From Trichoplax adhaerens (lineage: Eukaryota > Animalia > Placozoa): a DNA stretch of 64,000 nt. The stretch's first letter is position 1; every line of letters starts with the position of its first letter. Location: assembly GCF_000150275.1 (NCBI RefSeq), contig NW_002060958.1:1496265-1560264 (forward strand), given 5' to 3'. Of this stretch, positions 42,840 to 54,169 are shown in pieces. A program made the position numbers and the translations under genes. The notes under the pieces were generated by a model. That model saw only the letters and a program-made list of their open reading frames with translations. It had not been told where the DNA came from and searched no databases.

Positions 42840-43820
42840 CACAGTGTGCAGTACTGTATACTCTAAACAGTGCACTGTACACTGTAAATTCGGTACACGG
42901 TAGAGTAACGGACAACCGATTGGCAGGACAATACACCTACAGTACATGTTGAGTGCAGGCACAAGTACTGTACCCTGTACTCAGACCATCCTACAGTATA
43001 AAAGTCATCGCTATTACAGTACTAGTAGTACTGTACTGTACTGTACAGTACACTGTACAGTATGCTTTTTAACAGTACAGTACAGTACTCCATTCAAAAT
43101 TCTCTCTCGGTACACGGTAGAGTACGGACCACCGATTGGCAGGACAATACACCTACACTCCTACAGTACATGTTGAGTGCCGGCACAAGTACAGTACTGT
43201 ACTGTCCATTACAGTACAGTATAAAAGCCATCGCTATTACAGTACTAGTAGTACAGTACACTGTACTGTACAGTATGCTTTTTAACAGTACAGTACAGTA
43301 CTCCATTCAAAATTCTCTCTCGGTACACGTACAGTACACTGTACTGTACATGTACTGTACAGTTCACGGTAGAGTAACGGACCACCGACTGGCAGGACGA
43401 TACACCTACAGTACAGTACATGTTGAGTGCAGGCACAAGTACTGTCCATTAATTACAGTACTGTACTGTATAAAAGCCATCGCTATTACAGTACTAGTAG
43501 TACACTGTACTGTACACTGTACTGTACTGTACAGTATGCCTTTTAACTGTACTGTACAGTACTGTACAGTACAGTATAGTACAGTACTGTACTGTACAGT
43601 ACTGTACTCCATTCAAAATTCTCTCTCGGTACACGTACAGTACACTGTACTGTACATGTACTGTACAGTACACGGTAGAGTAACGGACCACCGACTGGCA
43701 GGACGATATACCTACAGTACATGTTGAGTGCAGGCACAAGTACAGTACTGTGTACAGTACAGTATACTGTAAGTGTACAGTACAGCACAGTAAAGTACAG
43801 TACTGTACATACAGTATAAC
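42840..43820. repeat. Tandem repeat (units ~217, ~252, ~305 bp plus a partial) inflated by TACAG/TACTG blocks
   Basis: The anchor CACGGTAGAGTA(A)CGGAC occurs near 42896, 43113, 43365 and 43670; CCATTCAAAATTCTCTCTCGG is present in each full unit. Confidence 0.92.
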
Positions 43821-43864
43821 AACAACGAAACTTACTTATTGGTTAAATTCTTCTTCATATTTAG

Positions 43865-45785
43865 GCCAAGCTAGCAAACAAAGAATAAAAAGAGCTGGAT
43901 TCGACGCTAATTCAGTATATAGCTTTCAAAGTAAGTTTATAAAATATTTTGAAATTATATGCACCGAAACGCCTCAAATTTTAGAAGGCAAGATTATTAG
44001 ATTTCTAACGGCTCTCTGCTAAGGAGTTAATTCTAGAATACTAATATCAAAGCAATAAAAGCTAAATAGAGAATAACGTTTTCTTGGAATTCAACACTGT
44101 CAAAATGTTACAATATACAATACTAGTGCAAACTCCCGTCGCTTTGCTGACGGTTTACGATAATGTGCTCATTTAACATATAGTATTACCATTTGTCGTA
44201 GACCTGTCAGAGGTTCAGTAACTTTATACCGTGTGCTGTGTAGTAGTAGAGTGTATGACATATACTGATATACATACCGCATTTCTCTAATCTTACAGTA
44301 ACTCTCCATTTTTAGCTATGTGGAACACTCTTACCCACTCATTCAAACCGTATAATATACAGTATATATATATATATATATATATTAGTGCAAGCTCCCG
44401 TCGCTTTACTGACGGTTTACGATAATGCGCTCATTTAACAGAGGTTCAGTAACTTTATACCGTACCGTGTAATCCTGTGACTTTTCATAAATGTGAGTTT
44501 ATGAAAGGCGAAAGCGGCTGGAAACAATTACAAGCTGTTGACTTTACCGACTGGGAACGTGGTAAGTATATCAGTTTTATTACTCTACAAATTTGAATTT
44601 GCAGCTATGTCGTTGCCAAAATTTTAATCGAAAATTTTGTCCAATAAATCAAATTAAATACTCTAATCAGGATTGCAAGAATAGCACAAATTCCAGTTTA
44701 CTATTGGGAATTTAGCTATAACTTCAACATCATAACCTGATTTCTTGCTCAATGCATATTTTCGTCTACTTTTAAAAGATGCTAAAATAGGAATGGTTCT
44801 CAATTCCAAATATGAGAACATTAATGGCCAATATGCGGATATGATTAGTCCCCCAATGGTGAAATCTCATGAAGCAATTTCAATTAGGGTAATTCCTTAC
44901 TGGTATTTAAGATGATGATTTGAAGATCAGCTTACTTTGCAAAAATTTAAACTCTCATGACTATATGAAAAATTTAGGCTTGAAAGATGATTATTACGCT
45001 TATGTCCAGAGATTTCCATATAATTCGACAGTTTCTACAGTAATTCTACGAAGTCCAGTTTTACGACGAAATTCAGATAGTCAGTCAGTGGAGGTAGCTT
45101 CCAAAAGTCGGGCTGTTTTCTTTAAGACAGATTTCTATAAGCTATTATGACAATGCCAACATCAAATTGACTCATTTCTATTACATTTGATTTTGCAAAA
45201 AAGATGTATTACCGTCGTTTGATTATCGGCTTTCAAACTGGAACCTACGCTATCAGGTATCAATACGTTAACAGCACATTTATCACCTTAGATTTTGGAG
45301 TTTTAGTTCCAAGTTCTCGAGAGAGCTGGAGTAAAGTTGGTGTTTCGCCGAATCAATTCTATCCCACCGAAGATTTTACTGTAAGTCATGCAAAATAAAT
45401 CTTAAGATACGAGTTAATTACGTCTTATTTACGGCAAATACTTTTATTCGCTCAATTATCCATACAGATGGAAATCGTGTATGAACTGCGTGGCTCAAGT
45501 ACACCGTCTTCAGGCGGCATCCTAATCGATGATATTGAAGTAACTAATTCCAAGGAAGGTAATGATTACCAAATAGAATATAGAAAAATGAAATAGGAAC
45601 AAGGCTTAATTTTTTGATGGAGTACCTTATGGCGTTATTGTGTCTTAAAGACTAAAAAGTTCTTCAATACGCTAGTTAATTCCGGAACCAATAAAGCATT
45701 TGGTCTATTTCATGCTGCAACCGTGGTGGGGATAGCCATTTTGAGTACCTTGCTGACACTATCGCCCTCGAGTCTGCTATTTTGA
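43865..45785 (+). pseudogene. MAM-domain, probably GPI-anchored protein gene, likely disrupted; exons 43865-43930, ~44472-44561, 44779-44888, 44978-45093, 45204-45380, 45468-45558, 45676-45785
   Basis: MAM hallmarks KCEFMKGESGWKQ..DFTDWER, ADMISP / VILRSP, W.KV.V and IVYE..GGILIDDIEV. An upstream exon carries a furin-like RIKR. The last exon NSG..hydrophobic tail resembles a GPI signal. There is no usable acceptor before the first MAM exon and no signal-peptide exon was found. Confidence 0.7.
44123..44471 (-). mobile_element. Two tandem non-autonomous Helitron-like 3' end fragments
   Basis: The minus strand reads CCGTC-AGCAAAGC-GACGG hairpin, ~9 nt, then CTAG|T (CTAG at 44123-44126). A second, internally deleted copy starts at 44385 after a (TA)n tract. 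Confidence 0.75.
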
Positions 45786-45849
45786 TTTATGGATGCTTCT
45801 GGATAGGCGAAATTGGACCAAAGCCTTTAACGCTTATTGTTGTAATTAT

Positions 45850-46490
45850 TTAGATAATTAATAGATCTCAGATACTCTGATCCAATATTTATAGTAGTTT
45901 TTACAAGTACGTTCAGCTCAATGCCTGAATGTGGGACTAAGCAAAGTATCCTGATTATTAGCAAGATTATCGAAGATAACAGAGTATCTAATACTGCATG
46001 AGATCTAATTTAACTTAGGTAATTATTATTTTACAACATTGACACGAGATCCAATAAGCTGAAAGTTTTTCGACGCTTGATGTGGATACCGAAGTTGTAA
46101 CATTTAATGGTAGTTTATTAACAACTTACAACGCTAACGATAGATTCAATAAGAAGCAAGTCTTCAGCCACTTAGCATGGATACCAAATTTTTTAGTTTT
46201 ATTGATAGTTTATTAATAACTTATAATGCTAAGACAGATCTAATAAGGTGTATACTTTCTGACTCTTGATATGAATACCGAAATTTTTAACTTTCAATAA
46301 TAGTTTATTAATAACTTACAACGTTAACGATACATCTAACAAAGCGCATGTATTATGATACTTGATATAGATACTAAAATTTCTAGTTTTTAATAACAGT
46401 TACTAATAATTTTAATGACAGATCCAACATGTTGCAAGTCATTTGACATTAGATATAGATACGGAAATATTTAGCTTTTAATAATTGTAA
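45850..46490. repeat. ~95 bp degenerate minisatellite, ~6 copies
   Basis: GATACCGAA-like and TAGTTTATTAA(C/T)AACTTA motifs recur near 46085, 46180, 46274 and 46369. Confidence 0.75.
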
Positions 46491-49300
46491 TAGAAGTTAT
46501 TTAGCCTAGTAACTACAGCAATGTCAGTTTGCTTAGGAAAGTCAAAGTTAGAAAGATCAAATAAAGCATTTGAAATTATAAATCATATTTTGATGGAGAT
46601 TTAATGACTGATCCAATAATTTTTTGTTTATATACTGATACTTGAGTGTAAGGAATAGTCCACAGATACTATACACATTTGCCATAAACTAATGGGGCAT
46701 TGTTGAAATATGCCGGTTGTACAATTTTACTTACATTAGTATCAGAATGCGAGATAAATTTAGAATATAACACAGTGTAGAATCTAATGGTAAACAACCT
46801 TAATTAATATAAATCAATCAACGATCAATTAAGACCTAGAGAATCAGCACCACTAAATCATTTAAGAGACTCAAATTAATAATAACTCACTAACAAGTAA
46901 GGCTGGTGCTAAATTAAATATCATAATAAACATAATCATGTCATAGTCCACTATCACTTCCAACTACAAATTAATTTACACATAACAAGAATGAACATCG
47001 TGACACGCACTAAAATTTTTACTAACAGTTACTGGAGAGCGTATTGAATGTTGGTGCTAGGCATGGTTACAAAACTCAATCGTTTCTTGGTTTAGAAGAA
47101 AGTTATCCAAAACTACTGTTTCTACTATTTCCCCGAAATGGTTTGCTTTAAAAGATATGTGGCCAACGGATTGCTTTGGGCTCTACTCAATTGTAGGTAG
47201 TATTCATTCCAATAATAATTTTGGATACTGTAAGGAGCGATATAAGCGAATCAAATCAAATTTGTACAGGTAGTTGTTACTTAACTAAACTTGCCTAATC
47301 TAAACTAATTAAATTACCGTAGATAAGTAACAATGACTGAGAAATGCACTTTCGGAATCTTCTAGCTATATCTTTATTCTAGAAAATACAAGTCTGATTT
47401 AATATTCAAAATCAATCATTGAAATAGCTGTTCTAGCAATAAAACCGGCTTACGATGTGTGATATATTTCGACCAATAAGACTTCGTGAATACATTAAAT
47501 TATTCCTAGTCTAATCCAATGAATTTGTAATATTACTATAGATTAACTTTATGTTTTCTCTAGCTTATAATTAACAGGATTTATATCGAATTTACCATTG
47601 ACAATTCATATACTATATTTAGTATAATTTAAGCTGTATTAGGAACAGGTTTGTATCGACTATATTAAGTCTTAAATTAATTCATGCACATATCCAAATT
47701 GATAACTATCTTATCGTGATCCATATACATATCTAAATTAAGTAAGATATCATTCATCACAGTTGATTCACTACCGTGACAAAAGTACAGTTTGCACAGC
47801 GTTTCTGTATAGGGAATAACAATGAATGTCTGTATTTCCGGGTAGGAAGTCAGAATAATTGTGAATTTCTCTGTAATATATAGGTAATGTAGGAGTATGT
47901 CCAGTTCAGTGTGTTGTGTATTTATATTTGTTTCTGTTACGAAATCAAGGTTACTGCAAACCTTAACATTAAAAAAAATGATGTTGTATGACGTCGTTGT
48001 ATAACACTGTAATTTAGTAGCAAGTCATTATCAACCAATATTACGATATATTGTATTCAAAAGCTAGTCAAATTATGAATTATCTTGACCAGCTCTAACA
48101 GGGTTTGCAGCCATCGTCACCTTACATTTCTGCTTTATTCGCTGCAAAACAAAAAGACAGGGTTAGATGTAGAGCGAAGTAAGTCTACGAATGTACAGTT
48201 ATGTAGATACTGGATTGTCACTTAAGAGCTTTGCTGATGTCATTTTTTTAAATCGAATAAACTTATGCTAAGCAGTATCACTATGCTCAAATCTAATTTA
48301 ATACGGTATAACATTGTTTTGTACAATTGATACACCAAATACAAGTTTCATAACGAAATTAAAACGACCAAACTAGCTAAGACCAAATAGGCTATGATTA
48401 AACTGTGATTATTGACAGGTGGCTGAAGGGTTGTTATGAAATTGAAATAGGGTTAGGTTTTCTTAAGATATTATTGGCTTTAGATTGATTTTATCGCAAT
48501 GATAAATCAGTATTTGTATGAATGCTATCGATTTGTTTGTGATATAATCTTGTCATACGCAACAGAAATTGATGAGAATTAAATCATTTGGCTGGCTTAA
48601 GTTAAAATCTCATACTAATGAAATGAATAACTTCTAATTGGCTAGGTCTGTACTTACGTATCGTGATAAGATAAGCCAACATGAGTGTCAAAGAAGTTAA
48701 AACAGTATACAAATTCAATGAAAAGAAATTGCAAATTAGCCAATCGTTAACAAGAGTTGGACTCAGGCATATTTTGTCAAGATTACTTTACAGTTTACGA
48801 AGATGATGTCAAGATACGAGAATAAAAGTAGTAGTCGATAAAAGTTGGCAATCGCAGTAGCTAAGGTAGTCGAATGCAATACTGTTGGACTGTGAAGAAT
48901 GCATCTAGGCTGAATAGAATTTAGAAAAATGTGAAAAGAGTAGCCCATACATGTAATTTTGGAGCTGATTAGAAAGAAGAATTCAGAATAGCTTGCAACC
49001 CACAATATTTATTTCTATTGACTCAAAATCTCCCTATCTAACATTGCTTCCAGTATAATTTCATTGTAATATAAGTGCTTTTATTTTCCAATGCTACGAG
49101 TTATCGTGCAGATATTATCAATGCTAGTATGCATAAATACTAAAATGGAGGAGGAAAAGTATACTTCTGCAGTATTGAAATACTCGTGTCGTGAGTTTAG
49201 CATTTGAGTTCAATTCTGATTTAAACGTGGAATTACTAATATGCGCTACAGTAGGCTATAACACTTGCGTAGTTTAACGCAATTGGTTGCTCGTACCCCG

Positions 49301-50890
49301 TGTAATGTAACTAGTATTGTGATTGTAGACCGTTTGCCATGTTTAGCATGCCGTTTGGATTACACAGTGCTCCAGCTACGTTCCAGCGTTTGATGAATGC
49401 AGTGCTAAAAGATTTACAGGGAGTTGCTAATGTCTAATTGGATGACACTATCGTCTATAGTGCAAGTTGGAAAGAACATTTGCAGCACCTGGGAACTGGT
49501 ATTCGATCGATTGCGACAATTAGGATTAAGTGTTAAAGAATAAAAGTGCAATTTCGCAAGCAACACTGTGTCACATTTGGGACACACGATTGGAAATGGA
49601 AGAATAGCGCCTATAGATGCACATGTTAGAGCCAAAATGAAATTAAAGACGCCAACTACGAAGAAAGAAGTACGTTCATATCTTGGAGCTATTGGCTATT
49701 ATAGGAAATTCATTAAAGAATATACCGAATGGACTGCGCCATTAGTAGAATTGACTAAGAAGGCAAAGCCGAATGAAGTTAAATGGACCGAACAATGTGA
49801 AGAAAGCTTCCAGAAATTAAAGCAGAAATTAGCAAGTGGTCCGACTTTGAAAATTATAGAGCCGGATAAGAAATTCATCCTGCAAACGGACGCCTCCGAA
49901 GTTGGTCTTGGAGCCGTATTGTCTCAATTGGATGAAAAAGGCGAAGAAAGGCCCGTAATATTTGCTAGCCGAAAACTGAAGCAAGCTGAAATCAATTACA
50001 CGGTAATTGAAAAAGAGTGTTTAGCTGTTGTTTACGCTGTAAAATTGTTCTATATTTGCTTAGATGGTCGAGCGTTTGTTTTGCAAACTGACCATAAGCC
50101 GTAAATATGGCTTGCTCATATGCGTAAAGATAACCAGCGGTTAATGCGTTGGTCTATGTTTTTGTCGCAGTTTAAGATTAATATTAGACATAGACCTGGT
50201 AAAAGTAATGGCAATGCAGACGTATTATCTAGACTAGTAATGGATAATTGATTATTTGGCCTGCGTGCCGGGAAAACTTTTGTAAGCTTGTTAGTTTGTA
50301 GAATTTTGTATTGGTACAAAATTCTAGGCGGACGAAAGTAACGTAACTAGTATTGTGATTGTAGAATATTAGCCATGTTTAGTATAATAATGTACGGTAG
50401 ATATTTATCCTATGAGATATTTGGCAGACATAACTATAGACTGTGGTGGTATAGACTCTAAGCTAGAGTGCAGATGACTATATACAGTAAGGTGTTGAGT
50501 TACTAATAAGGCTATAGGTAAAAATAGAACAGTAAATCATATATTAGGATATGGTTAATTCATCGTACTTTGGCTGGTGTGAATAATGTCTACGTAAATA
50601 CTGTAGTCGTATCCATATCGGATAAATGATGGTCCGCAGTAGAATAGTCTTACTAAGAATAATTTAACTACGTGTAAAATAAGGTAAAAGGTTGCCATGC
50701 GGATTGTAGCTGCGAATGCTACGGAAAGTATAAAAGTATGCAACTTTAGATTATTCTGTTAGTTCGTTGTAGAAGTCTTTAGAAGTAGTATTCGGCTAGA
50801 GTAGAGCTGTGTGTAGTTAATTTTTGTATAAGATTCAATAAAGCCCTTATTTTATTAAAATTTGGAATTTCGTGATTGGTATATATCACA
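49301..50890 (+). mobile_element. Internally deleted Ty3/Gypsy LTR retrotransposon: 5' LTR remnant 49301-49346, RT-RNaseH relic 49348-50250, PPT ~50326-50336, 3' LTR 50337-50890, TSD CCCCG
   Basis: TG...CA termini are flanked by CCCCG (49296-49300 and 50891-50895). RT/RH motifs MPFGL.SAPATFQRLM, V*LDD, LQTDASEVGLGAVL, EKECLAVV, TDHKP and NADVLSR carry three stops and a frameshift. The 3' LTR has TATAAAA (50729) and AATAAA (50837). Confidence 0.95.
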
Positions 50891-53800
50891 CCCCGGTAAA
50901 ATATGGTAATTCAATGCCCGTATTTAGCGCGTGAAAGCGTGATAATGTTACTACCATTACTTACTAGGTTATGCACTAGGATTTATAAGCGTATGCATCG
51001 AGTACACCGCGAGTTCTTCTTGTTCATAGTTTGTTATCAAAACAGTTGCAGTTGATTTTAGTGTATTAAAGCTTAATTCGACTTTTTAATCCACTTAATC
51101 TGACTTATTGTGGACCGTTAAGAATTAACTTCACTACAAATACATTCCTGACGCAAAATTGCCGTATCAATCAAATCAATCCATTTAACATCAACATCGA
51201 ACCAGGTTATACACTAATCGATCCTCAATTCTAAAAGATAATTTCAACTGTCAAAAATATTCTAGTACTTGCAACTATTTTTCGATTTAAGTTTTAAAAG
51301 AAATTACTTGAGGATATAGAAATATAGTTGCACTGCGGCATGAATTATCACTCGATAATCTGCATTAATTTAAAAGGATGCTTGCTTTTGCGAATTTACA
51401 TACCCACAGACGTACAAAATTTGGACAGTCCAATTTGATGATATACAAGTCTCGTAATATTCAATGAATTGAAATGATAATTTTTTAGCTATAATGTTAA
51501 TTGAATGATCTTGCTAATTGAATTTCCTTATGCAATGTAATAGAAAATTGATTAATTTTACACTTGAATAATTTACTATGGCTAACAAGTAGTAAAATAT
51601 TGTCAATAAAGTTCCTTCCCTGTGATTTTATTGATTTATTAGTTTGTGTTGACTGAATAAATTTATTTATCCTTCATTTTACCGACATAGGGCTATAGCA
51701 GATGTCAAGTTGACGTTTTAATGCTTTAATAATATAACGCTAATATTATTAGTACAACGATAATTATTAGACTTAACTTTGTATGGACGAAAAAATGATA
51801 GTCAAAGTATTTGTTATTAATATTACAATCAGTAACTTGCTAGCATGATTGTTAATAATATTGTTCCTTATTTAAGAAATGACGTAGAAGATTTATCCTT
51901 CAAGATCGTTTTACTAGCGTTTTACTATTTTAATCTGCGAATAATATGACAAGAACTTGAATTTCTTGCTAACTTGACATTATTACTCTACCCTGCACTG
52001 TCAGTACAGATCATATAATTAAGTTCTACTGAGAGCTATCTACATCTATCTTTGCAGTGATAATAAAACACTTGCACAATTTTACATTTTAACTTACAAA
52101 CCAATCCATTTGAAGTTGTATTTCTCGTACGATGGTATGACTACAAATGTTCAAATCTTCGTAGAATTAAAGAAATAACGATCAGACTAACATTGATTGT
52201 GGCGTAGCTGTTTAGGACGAAAGAGTTTCCTTGTGATTAGTATGATAGATTAAATTATTTAGGACTATGACAAATGGATGACTTTCACATTAAAGTCATG
52301 GTGAATTACTTTAAACAGATTTTTCCATTTATGCCTATAATACGATGACTGCGAATGGTTATTCCTATATATATAATACCTTGTAAAATAATGAAGAAGA
52401 AAAGATGGCGACATGATGATTTGACAGGGTAAAACTTAAAGACACAATCTTTTTCTAGATATTTTGTACAGTAAAATAATACTAGTTACATACTAAAAGC
52501 TATAAAGGACTTTACTTTTAGTCCTTTTCTACAGAGATCTTAACTCTTAGGATAGGAATGATGCTAATATTTCCAGCTCTTCTAATTCGTTAGTAACTAG
52601 TATTTGAGTTACTCTTCATCGGTACGATGAATTTATTAATTTGAAGTTAATTAAAAGTGTAGTTTTATTTATTTGCTAATTAGACATACGAGTAATACGA
52701 CTAGCTAACTCTTAGAATTCAATATTTTAGATATTTATTATAGTACAAAATGAGTAACGATTGGGACTTAGAGATATCAGTTTCATCATAGGAGTAATAA
52801 TAAGATCAGTTTTGCATCATTTCTGAAAGATGGTATTATGAAATCGTAATTAGAAGTGCATTAGCGTTGTAAAGTACTTTACTTTAGCTTTAAGCTTTCT
52901 TTCGTGTAAGTTTTACGCTCGTAGTTAGTACTTGACTATCCTTTATTTAACTTTGCATGAAGATTTATCGATTTTCTGCCTTCAAATCGTTGAGGTAGAG
53001 ATATTGGTAATACAGTATATATGCTATATATTTAATTTAAATATTTAGTGTAAAATTTTTAGTAATCCTCCATCCTCCTTCAAGAGGCTTTGAAAGCTTT
53101 TCGATACGAAAACAGATTTCTCAAGTAGCAACCTGCACTATGTAACTTTTCATATCAGTTTTCCTCTTTCCCGTACCTATCGATATGCAATTGATACAGA
53201 TATAAGGCTAATTACAGTTTTAATCATTTATCAATTCCATGAGGAATGGTGTCTAAAGTGATCAATGCAAATTAAAAATATCCAATCCATGAGTAGTGAC
53301 ATCCTACAAGATATGCTACAGATTGATTAATAAGTAATTATGAAGTAATCAGTTATAGGTAGACTATTCTTCTAAGAGATTTATGGCTGATCATGACCAC
53401 GTAACACTTATCCCATTCAATTCAATTACACAAATAAGTTAATAAGCTACTGTACGACAGTAGCACTGCAGTTGAAAAATTTATTCTCACTGGTAGCAAA
53501 GACTTGTGATATTAAATGCATGGCTTACTAGAACTTAAAAATCATGCATTATTGCTATGAAAATGGGACATATCGACTAATGTACAATGATAGATAGTGC
53601 AATGCAACGAAGCAAAACAGCAATTGTAAAATGCAATAAAAAGCATCGTTAACCTACAGTGCAGTAGATAGAATTGTCCATTTTATTGTTATCTTAATTT
53701 CAGCTAAAAATTTGAATATATTCTATAGTAACATAGAGAGTAAGTTCGTACAGTATTTTAATCCATCGCCAAATAGATGGCTAATTTTCGTACACTTATC

Positions 53801-54169
53801 CAATATTGTACTGATTCAGGTAATATAGAATGATGACTAAAATGAACGACGCATGGAGTGTAGATTGGATAGTAGGCAATCATTCGAAAGATGGCATGAA
53901 AAGCTTATTAAAGTCATTTTTCGTCTGTCGACCGAAAAATAACAACTACTCAACAGCAACGACTAAATCGCCATCTGTCCAACTATACACTTGTATGGAA
54001 TGAATGTCTGTAATAGAAATAAGATTTAAAGTAAATAACGATTTTAATTGCCACACTAACTGTGGAATAGTTGGCATCGATGAAAATCTTTGGATGGAAA
54101 CAAGCCTACAGCCAATGTCGATGTCACAATTTAGCATATTGAAGATGTATCACGAATGCTTTACCTAGC

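Noticed and set aside
42630-43800. Many overlapping Y/S/T/V/C-rich ORFs (up to 221 aa), also at 19791-20506
   Set aside because: They are artefacts of stop-poor TACAG/TACTG repeats, open on both strands.
44123-45785. Helitron capture of the MAM exons
   Set aside because: A compatible exon (43865-43930) lies outside the Helitron 3' end, so the element sits in an intron.
47768-47790. CACTACCGTGACAAAAGT, Tc1-like TIR start
   Set aside because: No partner TIR or TA duplication was found nearby.
53946-54137. Possible beta-propeller exon fragment (DIHSIQVYSWTDGDLVVAV)
   Set aside because: No compatible neighbouring exons could be assembled.
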